A stretch of 64,000 nt of DNA from Takakia lepidozioides. Lineage: Eukaryota > Plantae > Bryophyta. The notes below the pieces were generated by a model that did not search any database, was not told the DNA's origin, and saw nothing but the letters and a program-made list of their open reading frames with translations. Position numbers and translations under genes: made by a program. Shown here one piece after another: positions 22,658 to 34,251 of this stretch; within the stretch, counting starts at the first letter, position 1, and the number at the start of each line of letters is the position of its first letter. The stretch covers positions 61,070,001 through 61,134,000 of the forward strand of contig CM060731.1 of NCBI GenBank assembly GCA_030704615.1. The letters are read 5' to 3'.

Positions 22658-24869
22658 TGTCGCGGCCCTTTGCCTTGAGGGCGGGGGGTCGGGACACAAG
22701 AGGGGCTGCCCTTGTGGTGGGGGCAGTGGCAGCAAATAGGAAAGGGGGCTGAAGCACCTTTGAGTGCCGAAGGCACTCAAGAAGGCTGTGGCGCTCACTA
22801 GGTGGAGCCCCGCAAACCGGGTGGCGGTGGTGGGGGCTCTATGAGGGATGGTACCACGTAGGGAGTCGTAGTGGGGGTGACATAGGACTCACCATGAGGC
22901 TGAGGCCTTGTGGTGGGAGTCGTGGGGAGTCTTGGGACTCACCACAGTCCATTGGTGGTGGGTGGGCCAAGACTCACCGCGGCTCACCACAGGGATGATC
23001 GAGGGTCTAAGTGGTGGTGCACCAGATTTGGACTTGGCTACTTGTGGAACCCCCGCGGACAGCTACAGAAGTATATATAGGGAGTAGTAACCCCGAGAAC
23101 GGTGCAAGCCCGTTGGTGACCAAAAACTAGTGAGTAAGCGTACGAACCGGAAAACGACCAAGGTGTGGGGAGTTGTTCCGGACTGCCATGTACCAAAGGG
23201 AATTTTCACTGAGCCCAATAAGTCGAGGGTCGAGTGGGAGTGTGAGGGGGACCGTTATGCCCCGGTGAGCAGCCAAAGCTCCGAGTTGGCCTGGCGGCCA
23301 GTTTGGGAGTTAGGCGCGCGCATCAAAGCGAGTAACTATGACTTGAATGGGAGCTTACTGAAGTGAGGTGCGCGACACTTGGTATCACAGCTTAGAGTTC
23401 AGTACGCGATCGTCTTTGAGATCGGCCTCACCATGGGGTCGGGCAAGACAAAACGAAAGCGGAACCGCCCGAAAGACGATGATCCTAGTGAGCCCGGTGA
23501 GGGCAACGTATCACCGAAGCGGCAAATGGAAGAGGCGATTTATGCTTCTGAAAGCGAGGCCACTCAAGAACGGGAGGAATTTGGGGAGTCGGAGCCCAAG
23601 GACTTTCCAGAGGCTTCGCCAGACCAACAAATGTCTCTCATGCCAGCAGCCTTTCTGGAAGGGTTGTTGGCGCAGTTTGGCGGGACGTTGAAAGACGTGA
23701 TGAGGGCGGCTAATGCCACTTCCACTAAGGCAAAGTTTAAAGGTGAAGCCTAAGGAACCCGGCACCTTCGAGGGCGTCTAAAATCGGAAGGCACTCAATA
23801 CATGGCTCTTGGAGCTGGAGTAGTACTTCCGGGCGACCAAGTTGAGTGACGAGAATCGGGTGGAAGTGGCTCCCACCTACTTGAGGGGCTATGCTCAACA
23901 ATGGTGGCAGAAACACCTTCATATAAGGGCCAAACCCAAAAACCTTGAGCTAGAGTGGGTTCAAGGAATTTATGAAAAGACAGTTTGTGCCCCTCAACGC
24001 GTCTTGGCTCGTCCGGGACAAGATGAGGAACTTGAAGCAAATGGATGACATTCGGGGATATGTTCAGGCTTTCAATGTGTTGTTGCTCGAAGTCACAGAT
24101 ATGGCGGAACCAGAAATGGTCTTCAACTTTGTGGCGGGACTGGCTTCATGGGCCAGGCGGAAGTTAGAGGAAAGCAAAGACTTTGAACGAAGCAATTGAA
24201 AGGGCCGAATGTTTCTCGGATGTCCCTAGGGCCAAAAGACAAGGTCGTACGGAGCTGAACCAACTCCATCGATCTCGCAAATGGTGAAGTTCTCACGTCC
24301 CTCCCAACTCCCCAGCTGAAAGAGGAACATCGAACGTCACCCTCGTCGCCAGTTGTGGTTCTCCTTTGGTAGAACGCACTTCAATAGAGGCCCCCACATC
24401 ACTTGTCGGGAGCCCTAGCTTCCGTGCCATTGCCGGTGTCATGAAGGAGTGCGACGCTTTTGTGTCCACCAACAACGACACGTTAGTTCTGGAAATTATC
24501 CCGCTCACGAACATTAACTGACTCTCTTTACGCAAGGCTCACGTCTCCTGATACAACTCACAAGAGTAGTTGCCTACCTTGCCAGTCTTGGCGACCACCG
24601 CCTCCACCAAGTAGCTGATGGAGTCTTCAGACAGCTCCGTGGTCGCCCGAGTCATGTTCAATTGTCAGGGTTTTGCGCACTTCTTGTCACGTGCTCGGGC
24701 TCCCTGCAATTAAAGCACACCCCATCAAAGGTCGTGTTCTGTCCGCCATAAGCCGCTGCACCTGATTTTTCTTTCGGAGCACCGGGCGCCGCCTTGACGT
24801 GCGAATGCCCTCCCTTCAATTTCCAAGTGCCATTGTCACAGCGTGGCCTATCCCACTCTTTTCCGGTCG
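22658..24869 (+). mobile_element. Older, rearranged copy of the chromovirus family: LTR 22658-23377, PBS, gag to ~24262, then inverted gag-end/protease segment 24263-24869
   Basis: LTR tgtcgc...gcgaca followed by PBS tggtatcacagc; gag has stops. 24263-24869 is the reverse complement of ~26520-27129 of the young copy (LLVDTKASHSF). Confidence 0.85.
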
Positions 24870-24874
24870 GAATG

Positions 24875-27800
24875 TGTCGCGGCCCTTTGCCTTGAGGGCA
24901 GGGGGTCGGGACACATCAGGGGCTGCCCCTGTGGTGGGGGCAGCGGCAGCGATAGGTATGGGGGGCTGAGGCACCCTTGAGTGCCCAAGGCACTCAGGGA
25001 AGCGGAGGCGCTCACTAGGTGGAGCCCCGCACACCGGGTTGCGGTGGGGGTGGCTCCACAAGGGGTGGTGGTAGCTTAGTGGGACTTAGTGGGGGTGGCA
25101 TAGGACTCACCATGGGGGCGGAGACCTCGTGGTGGGAGTCGTGGGGAGTCTTGGGACTCATCACGGTCCATAGGGGCCGTGGTGAGCGGGCCAAGACTCA
25201 CCGCGACTCACCACCGGGAGTCGAGGGTTTTCGTGGTGGTTCGCCATAAAATGGCATGGCTGGTTGTGGAACCCCCGCGGACAGCTACAGAAGTATGTAT
25301 AGGGAGTAGTAACCCCGAGAACGGTGCAAGCCCGTTGGTGACCAAAAACTAGTGAGTAAGCGAGCGAGCCGGAAAGCGACCAAAGAGTGGGGAGCTGTTC
25401 CGGACTGCCATCTACCAAAGGGAATTCTCCTAGTCCCAAATAGGTGGAGGGTTTAGAGGGAAGCGGAAGGGGACCGTTATGTCCCGGTGAGCAGCCGAAA
25501 CTCCAAGTTGGCCCGGCGGCCAGGTTGGGAGTCAGGCGCGCGCATCAAAGCGAGTAACTATGACTTGAAGGGGAGTTTACCGAAGTGAGGTGTGCGACAT
25601 TTGGTATCAGAGCTTAGAGTTCAGTACGCGATCGTCCTTGGGATTGGCCTCATCATGGGGTCGGGCAAGCCGAAGCGAAAGCGGAACGGCCCAAAAGATG
25701 ATGATCCCGGTGAGCCCGATGGGGGCGACGTGTCACCGAGGCGGCCGTTTGAGGAAGCGATGAATTTTTCCGAAAACGAGGCCGCTCAGGAGCGGGAGGA
25801 ATCCGAGGAGTCGGAGCCCGAGGAATCCTTGAGAGCTCCGACAAACCAAGAGATGCCTCCCATGCCGGCAGCCTTTTGGGAAGGGTTGTTGGCGCAGTTT
25901 GGCGGGACGTTGAAAGACGTGTTGAAGGCGGCTAATGCCACTTCCACTAAGGCAAAGTTTAAGGTGAAGCCTAAGGAACCCGGCACCTTCGAGGGCGTTC
26001 GAAACCGGAAGGCACTCAACACCTGGCTCCTGGAGCTAGAGCAGTACTTCCGGGCGGCCAAGTTGAGTGACGAGGATCGGGTGGAAGTGGCTCCCACCTA
26101 TTTGAGGGGCTATGCTCAACAATGGTGGCAGAAACGCCTTCACGACCGAGGCCCAAGCCCGGAAACCTTGAACTGGAGTGGGTTCAAGGAATTGATGAAG
26201 AGACAGTTTGTGCCCTCAACGCATCCTGGCTTGCCCGGGACAAGATGAGGAATTTGAAGCAAACAGATGACATTCGGGGGTATGTCCAGGCTTTCAATGT
26301 GCTGTTGCTCGAAGTCGCGGACATGGACAGAACCAGAAATGGTCTTCAACTTTGTGGCAGGACTGGCCCCATGGGCTAGGCGGAAGTTGGAGGAGAAGCC
26401 ACCCAAGACTTTGAACGAGGCAATTGAGAGAGCTGAATGTTTCTCGGATGTCCTTAGGGGTGAGAGACAAGGCCGTACGGAGCTGAACCACAAGAAGACC
26501 CGGCGGGAAGTGACTCCTCCCGACCGGAAAAGAAGTGGGATAGGCCACGCGGCGAAAATGGCACGTGGAAATCGAAGGGAGGTCCTTCACACGTCAAGGC
26601 GGCACCCGGTGCTTCGAAAGGAAAAGCGGGTGGAGCGGCTTATGGCGGACAGAAGGCGACCTTTGATGGAGTGTGTTTCAATTGCGGGGAGCCCGGGCAC
26701 ATGGCCAAGAAGTGCACGAAGCCCCGGCAATTGAACATGACTCGGGCGACCACGGAGCTGTCAGAAGATACCATCAGTCGCTTGGTGGAAGCGGTAGTCG
26801 CCAGGACTTGCAAGGTAGGCAACTATTCTTGTGAGTTGTATCAGGAAACTAGCGCCCTGCGAAAAGGGAGTCAATTATTGTTCGTGGATGGGATAATATC
26901 CGGAACTAACGTGTCGTTGTTGGTGGACACAGGAGCGTCGCACTCCTTCATGACGCCGGTGGCGGCGCGAAAGTTGGGACTCCCGACAAGTGACGTGGGG
27001 GCCTCTATTGAGGTGCGCTCTGCCAAAGGAGAACCTCAGTTGGCGACAAGGTTGGCGTTTGATGTTCCTCTTCAACTGGGGAGTTGGGAGGGACGTGAGA
27101 ACTTCACTATCTGCGAGATCGATGGAGTGGATCTCATTTTAGGGATGACCTTTTTGAGCAAATCCGGAGCGGTCATAGATGGCCGCAAGAGAGTAGTCAC
27201 GCTCCCATGTGGGAATGGTGGCGAGGTTTTACGAGTGTCGGAAACGCCCAAATCCGTGGGAGGGCGAATAAACCTTCTGTCAGCAAAGGAGTGGGCCGTG
27301 GAGGAGGCACACGAGTCCCAGTTTTTGCTTTACATTAGAGAAGTGAAAGGAGAAGGCGATGGGGAGCCGAGCCCAGATTGCATCAAGGGGATTTTGGAGA
27401 AATACCAGGATGTGATGCCGGAGGATTTACCAAGCGGCTTGCCACCGCGAAGAGGAGTTGACCACAAGATTGAGGTGATACCGGGATCGGGACCGCCTGC
27501 CAAGGCGCCCTACCGGTTGAGCCACAGAGAGTTGGTCGAGCTGAAGACTCAGCTCAAGGATCTAATGTCAAAGGGGTACATCCGGCCGAGTAAGTCACCT
27601 TACGGAGCCCCGGTGCTATTTGCAGACAAGAAGGATGGGACGCTGCGGATGTGTGTCGATTACAGGGCTCTGAATAAGGTGACTATCAAAAACCGGTACC
27701 CTTTGCCAAGGATCGACGACCTCTTCGATCGGTTGGCAGGAGCGAAGTATTTCAGCCGGATCGACTTGCGCTCCGGCTATCACCAAATTCGGGTGGCAGA

Positions 27801-30800
27801 AGGAGATGAGGAGAAGACCGCGTGCAGGACAAGGTATGGTTCATATGAGTTTTTGGTGATGCCTTTTGGGCTCACCAATGCACCAGCGACATTTAGCACG
27901 CTGATGAACAGCCTTTTCCAGAGTGGTTGGATGACTTCGTGATCGTGTACATCGACGACATCTTGGTGTACTCGAAAACAAAGGAGGAGCACCTGGAGCA
28001 CCTCAAAAGGGTGTTCCAGAAATTGCGAGAAGGGAAGCTGTATGCCAAAGCTTCAAAGTGCGAATTCGGGGTCACAAAAGTGGAGTTCTGGGGCATGTGA
28101 TTACACAGGATGGGATCAAAATGGATGACAGAAAGGTGAGGGCGATCTTGGACTGGGAGCCTCCGACTTCGGTCCCGGGAGTGCGATCCTTCCTAGGACT
28201 CGCCTCCTATTACCGGAAGTATGTGAGAAATTTCGCCAAGATCGCGGGGCCGCTGTCGGACCTTCTGTGTAAATCCAAAGTCTGGGTATGGAACACATTT
28301 TGTGGCCAAGCTTTTGCTGAATTGAAGCAGCGGATGACGGAAGCTCCAGTCTTGAAAATCCCGGAGTTCGATCGTCCGTTTGAGATTCATACAGATGCAT
28401 CGGACTTCGCAATTGGGGGTGTACTTATGCAAGATGGACGTCCAGTGGCTTACGAAAGTAAGAAACTGAATGAAGTGGAGCGACGGTGGCCGACGCACGA
28501 AAAAGAGATGAAGGCGGTGGTGCATTGCTTGAACTCTGGCGCCACTATGTTGGTTCCAACCCAGTGAAGGTGTTCACGGACAATGTCACGGTGAAGTATT
28601 TTGCCACGCAGCCCAAGTTGTCCCCAAAACAACTTAGGTGGCAAGATACTTTGGCAGTGTTTGACGTGGATATCCAGTACAAACCGGGACGGGACAATGT
28701 GGTGGCCGATGCTTTAAGTAGAAAGCAGCAGCTCTTGTTGGTGTACAAGGGCGAGACGGCGCTCCAAAGGAAGATCCGGAAGGCTTGCCGGAAGGATGAG
28801 CTGGCAAAGTGCGTGATGCAGGACTTGAGAATGGGGGTTAGATCGCAGTTCCACTTGCAAAACGGACTGCTCCGGTATAAGCAAAAACGTCTCTATGTGC
28901 CAAAGGGAGGGATCAGGGATAGTCTCTTGAGAGAATGCCATGATAGCCCGCTTGCGGGCCACGGTGGAGCCAAGCGCACTGCGGCACTCTTGAAGAAAGA
29001 GTATTTCTGGCCCAAACTGAGGGAGGAGGCAGAGGAGTATGTCAAGACATGCACCACATGCCAACAAAACCGGAGCGAGTACAAAAAGCAAGCGGGCTGT
29101 TACAACCCTTGCCGATTCCAGAGGGGACTTGGGAAAGCGTCTCGATGGATTTCATGACTGCTATGCCGCTGTCAAAAGGATTCGATGCAATCATGGTGGT
29201 GGTAGATAGGTTCAGTAAAATGGCCCATTTCATCCCCACCAAGGAGACGGCAACGGCGCAGGAGACAGGGAACTTTACTTCGCCCACGTCTTAAAGCATC
29301 ATGGAGTCCCGAAGGATATTGTCTCGGACCGCGATCCAAAGTTTACGAGTAAATTCTGGAGAGCACTTTGGAAGAAGATGGGGACGAGGCTGAAGATGAG
29401 CACCGCCTTCCGACCTACGACGGACGGCCAAACGGAAAGAGTGAATTCCGTAGTGAAGCAATTCTTGCGGAATTACGTGTCGGCAGACCAATCAGACTGG
29501 ATGGAACACTTAGACGCGGCAGAGTTCTGTTATAATAACACAGAACACTCCGCGACGGGAGTTTCCCCTTTTGTGTTGGTCTATGGAAAAGCACCTCTGG
29601 TGCCGACAAGTTGGGCCGCCCAGGACGTTGAGGAACCGGCAGTAGCGGCGGTACTGGAAGAACGCGAGCGTTTGTTGAAGCTCGCAAAGTACAACATTGC
29701 CAAGCTAGGAAACGGTATGAAGGCAGGCGAATCGGAAGCGGAGGGAAGTGAAGTTTGAGGCAGGCACAGAGGTCTGGTTGAACATCAAGAATTTTCGACT
29801 ACCTCCGGAAGTGAGTCCGAAGTTCGTACCTCCGTATGCGGTCCCCTTTCGCATTCGAGGGTTATGAATGAGGATGTGTATGAATTGGAGCTGCCGGCAA
29901 ACAGCAAGGTGCACCCAGTATTCCATGTCTCCCTTTTGAAGCCTTACTTCAAAGATGAAGCACGTCCGAATCGGCAGCAAGTGTTGCCGCCCGCACCTAT
30001 GCTGTTGGATCATGAAAATGAACCTGAGTACGAGGTGGAGGCAATACTTAAGTCAGGAGGTTCAAGAACCGAGAAACGGAGTATCTCGTCAAATGGAAGG
30101 GCTATCATCTTGTGGAGGCATCTTGGTGCGTGCCTCAGAAATGGGAAACGCATCCGAGGCAGTTGCAAGCGTTCGAAGGGCGACCTCAAAAGCGGAAGAA
30201 ACGTTGATGGGGACATCAACCTTGGAGCGTGGGGGAGGAATGCATACTTAGCCCGGTTTAAGCTAGCTCAGGAATCCGATTGCAAAACTTGTATTGTACA
30301 AAATTTGTTATAAAGAAATGGGTCCCAAATATTGTGCGTCCTATTGTGTTTGGAATGTTGATGCTTGGTGTGGTTGGCTAGTGTGTAGAATGCATGCTAG
30401 CTTACAAAGTGGGAGAGGTAAATTGGGTTAATCTTGTGTTTGCGCAGTGCCGAAATCGGGTGACTCCCATCCAGGGGCAGAAAACTTGCGCCTTATTTGG
30501 AGTTCACGTGCTAGTGCGCACCTGGCGCGTGCGCGTACTATAACTGCGCTACCGAGGGGGTTGCCTTGTAGTGCGGGCTAACGCGGAAGCTACGTGCTTC
30601 CGTTCACGTACTATAATCGTGTAGCCTCGGGACAAAGTCGTAGTGCGGCTTCGGCGTGTTCCCGTACCTCAGGCCAGCATTCCAAGGCGGACCCAATTGT
30701 AGTGATTGGGGCGCACAGTTGGTTCAAGATTATCTTCCTAGTCAAAGAGGGTTCCAGGTGAACCCTTGCTCAAGGTGATGCCAAAAGCGGCATCATGAGC

Positions 30801-31827
30801 GATCGCAAGCAATGTTTGTTGCAGTAAGGCGATTCGATCCTCGGGGAGGATCGTTCCTTGGCCTTGAAGTAGGCCAAGAAGAGTGCACTGGGAGGAGCTG
30901 GAGAGGCTCCACCCTTGGCCGGGACTTGGAGGAAGTCGGCCGAACTAGCTAGTGGAGAGTAGAGTCAAGTGTGGGTTTGGTTCTTTGCCTTGGGACGCCA
31001 TGGTGCGGAAACAAACTCCTTGATGTGGGACGCCACAGCTTGGATGTTCGTTTCTACAAAATGGACAAGTCGATGAGGACATCGACTCCCTATTGGTAGG
31101 GGTGTGTGTCCGCCCTTTGCCTTGAGGGCAGGGGTCGGGACACATCAGGGGCTGCCCCTGTGGTGGGGGGCAGCGGCAGCGATAGGTATGGGGGGCTGGC
31201 ACCCTTGAGTGCCCAAGGCACTCAGGGAAGCGGAGGCGCTCACTAGGTGGAGCCCCGCACACCGGGTTGCGGTGGGGGTGGCTCCACAAGGGGTGGAGGT
31301 AGCTTAGTGGGACTTAGTGGGGGGTGGCATAGGACTCACCATGGGGGCGGAGACCTCGTGGTGGGAGTCGTGGGAGTCTTGGGACTCATCACGGTCCATA
31401 GGGGCCGTGGTGAGCGGGCCAAGACTCACCGCGACTCACCACCGGGAGTCGAGGGTTTTCGTGGTGGTTCGCCATAAAATGGCATGGCTGGTTGTGGAAC
31501 CCCCGCGGACAGCTACAGAAGTATGTATAGGGAGTAGTAACCCCGAGAACGGTGCAAGCCCGTTGGTGACCAAAAACTAGTGAGTAAGCGGGCGAGCCGG
31601 AAAGCGACCAAAGAGTGGGGAGCTGTTCCGGACTGCCATCTACCAAAGGGAATTCTCCTAGTCCCAAATAGGTGGAGGGTTTAGAGGGAAGCGGAAGGGG
31701 ACCGTTATGTCCCGGTGAGCAGCCGAAACTCCAAGTTGGCCCGGCGGCCAGGTTGGGAGTCAGGCGCGCGCATCAAAGCGAGTAACTATGACTAGAAGGG
31801 GAGTTTACCGAAGTGAGGTGTGCGACA
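24875..31827 (+). mobile_element. Full-length young Ty3/Gypsy chromovirus LTR retrotransposon
   Basis: LTRs 24875-25599 and 31107-31827 (TG...CA, near identical). 5-bp TSD GAATG at 24870-24874 and 31828-31832. PBS tggtatcagagc (iMet-type). Domain order gag, CCHC knuckle, PR, RT, RH, INT, chromodomain. Confidence 0.96.
25655..30207 (+). CDS. gag-pol polyprotein of the chromovirus, broken by many 1-nt frameshifts
   Basis: [14 protein letters not shown]; LLVDTGAS; [12 protein letters not shown]...YPLPRIDDL...MPFGLTNAP...YIDDIL; [14 protein letters not shown]; [10 protein letters not shown]...CTTCQ; SMDF...DRD...DGQTERVN; chromodomain EYEVEAIL...EYLVKWKGY...EASW at ~30025-30130. Confidence 0.9.
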
Positions 31828-31832
31828 GAATG

Positions 31833-32552
31833 AGTCACCCTTCCGCCGGAATAATTTGTTTTGGGGACAACTTAGGCTGTGTGGCAAAATACTTCACCGT
31901 AACATTGTCCGTGAACACCTTCACCGGGTTGGAACCAATATAGTGGCACCAAATCTTAAGGCAATGCACCACCACCTTCATTTATTTCTCGTGTGTAGGC
32001 CACCGTCGCTCTACTTTATTCAGTTTCTTACTTTCGTAAGCCACTGGTCGTCTATCCTGCATGAGCACACCCCCGATTGCGAAGTCCGACGATCTGTTTG
32101 AATCTCAAATGGACGGTCGAACTCTGGGATTTTCAAGACTAGAGCTTCCACCATCCGCTCCTTCAACCCGGCAAAAGCTTGGCCACAAAAGGTGTTTTAC
32201 ACCCATACCTTGGACTTACACAGAAGGTCTGACAGCGACCCCGCAATCTTGGCGAAATTTCTCACATACTTTCGGTAATAGGAGGCGAGTCCTAGAAAAG
32301 ATCGCACTCCCGGGACCGAAGTCGGAGGTTCCCAGTCCAAGATCATCCTCACCTTTCTGTCATCCATTTTGATCCCATCCTGTGTAATCACATGCCCTAG
32401 GAACTCCACTTTTGTGACCCCGAATTCGCACTTTGAAGCTTTGGCATACAGTTTCCATTCCCACTGCAATTTCTGGAACACCCTTTTGAGGTGCTCCAGG
32501 TGCTCTTCCTTGGTTTTCGAGTACACCAAAATGTCGTCGATGTACACGATCA
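31833..32552 (-). mobile_element. Remainder of the older rearranged chromovirus copy (short gag piece, then inverted RT/RNase H segment)
   Basis: Minus [24 protein letters not shown]...[14 protein letters not shown] matches ~27940-28630. 31833-31850 continues the gag sequence across the GAATG target site. Confidence 0.85.
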
Positions 32553-32830
32553 TAAGTTTCGTTATTGAATGCCTTAGCACATCGCGCACGCCACAGGTGC
32601 CATAAAGTAAATGCTCAAAGGGTTTCAAAGACTTGGCATGTGATTGATCTTGTTTTGGAGTTCCGATTGTAGTTTAAGAGCAGGTCGACAGGGGAGAGAG
32701 CAGAGAGGCTCCAGTGTCTGTAAAACACCTTGACCAGGGGCCATATCTTTGCCGGGGCAATGCAGGTGAGTAGGCAGTGTTCATGTGTTTCTATGATGCC
32801 TAAGGAGCAACAAGAACATAACAAAGCCTC
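32553..32830 (-). mobile_element. L1 LINE ORF2 C-terminal remnant (zf-RVT region)
   Basis: CSCCSLGIIETHEHCLLTC...IWPLV...TLWHLWRARCAKAFN. Confidence 0.65.
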
Positions 32831-33582
32831 AAATGCAAGCTGGCATCAACGATTTGGTCCAGGGTGAGACGTTTACGCTCCCTAGGCCGTCGTCAACGGA
32901 GGATGCGCTTCTAGATACCCACCTTCTAAAATTTTCCAATGGGAGACCATGAAAATCAGGTCTGGTCGTGCCATGGTCCTCTTTGAAAGGAAGATGCGAG
33001 CTGGTCTTCGACGAGATCATTGCTTTTTTATGATTTTAGTGTGTGATGGAAGTATCGAAAGCATGGATGCATGGATACATGACCTAAGAGCAGGTTGAGA
33101 CTTGAGACTTTAGACCTTGGGCCCACTGCTCTAGCAAGCCGAGCCATGAGTGTCTTTTGAAAAAGAAGGCAAGCCCCTGAGGAGGGAAAAAATGAAAACC
33201 CTCAAGGCCACATGGCTACACACTAAAGACAGTGGGAGGGCTAATTGGTGAAAGGTTGCTGCAAAGTGTTTCCTTTTAAGAAAATAATCATAGTTATATA
33301 TACATATATGCAGGAATTGAGTTAGATGGAACAGGGAAGCTACCATAGACTTCCTAAGAATGAAAACATAGCAAAAGAAGGAAGAAGTCTGTTGTATAGA
33401 ATGTGATCAGAGAATGTCAACAAGTAGCCCATGAGATCACAACCATGCGCAATCATTCCAATCCACATCCGAAAATGTTGTAAAATGCACAAACCAAAAC
33501 TGAAAAGAGAAACTCCGAGAGATATTGTCGTTGGGTAAGCCTTGGCTACCTGATTGTCATGCATGTCATGCATGGGATATAC

Positions 33583-34088
33583 CAGTGTTGGGCGGACATA
33601 TGGATCAGGCTGTACCCGGATTGGGCTTTGAGATATTCTTTACGTCTTGATGTCTATCGGGGTCCGGATATAGACCTTTATTAGAAACCGGTCGAGTATC
33701 AATCCTCGGGTATTGAAAGTGTAATACTCGGTATAACTCCGATATTGCACAACAACATAAAAAAAACAGTCCAGCATTCACGCAAGTTAACTATGGCGGC
33801 AAGGACACATGTAGGATAAAGAAGTAGAGACAAATTACCTGTAGTTGTCCCATGACATTTGGATGAATAGATTGAGCTAGGTCAATGACTAGGTGAAGAA
33901 CCCTAACACCATCCCAACCGGAGATATAGCCGTAGCTAAACCCGCCTATGCAGGGCTTTGGGCCTGGCATTGGAAAAGCAATAACCACCTCTGCCGGTCT
34001 TTGCAAGATATCATAATTTTAAAGCCGGTCGAGCAGGTCCTTTATACTTGGGTTGATGCCCGCCCCGCCCATGTACCCGCCAACATTG
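33583..34088. mobile_element. hAT-like MITE about 165 bp downstream of the USP stop codon
   Basis: TIRs cagtgttgggcgg / ccgccaacattg; 8-bp TSD ggatatac / gtatatac. Confidence 0.75.
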
Positions 34089-34251
34089 GTATATACCCAT
34101 ATCGCCAGTCAAATCTTCTACAATGAGACACTAGCAAATCTCTCTGATGGACTGACAGACGGTTCTCTTTCCTAGCACCGAGATATGAAACACCACCTCC
34201 TCAGGCAAGCGCGAGATGTTCATGTGACAATGGCATGAAGTTAGCCATAAC

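Noticed and set aside
24890-25160. Dense G-tracts in the LTR (G-quadruplex potential)
   Set aside because: A common property of plant LTRs, and the run lengths are unreliable given the apparent homopolymer errors.
19525-33240. The two ~400-bp direct repeats as LTRs of one 13.7-kb element
   Set aside because: No TG...CA ends, PBS, PPT or TSD, and one copy is contiguous with L1 coding remnants.
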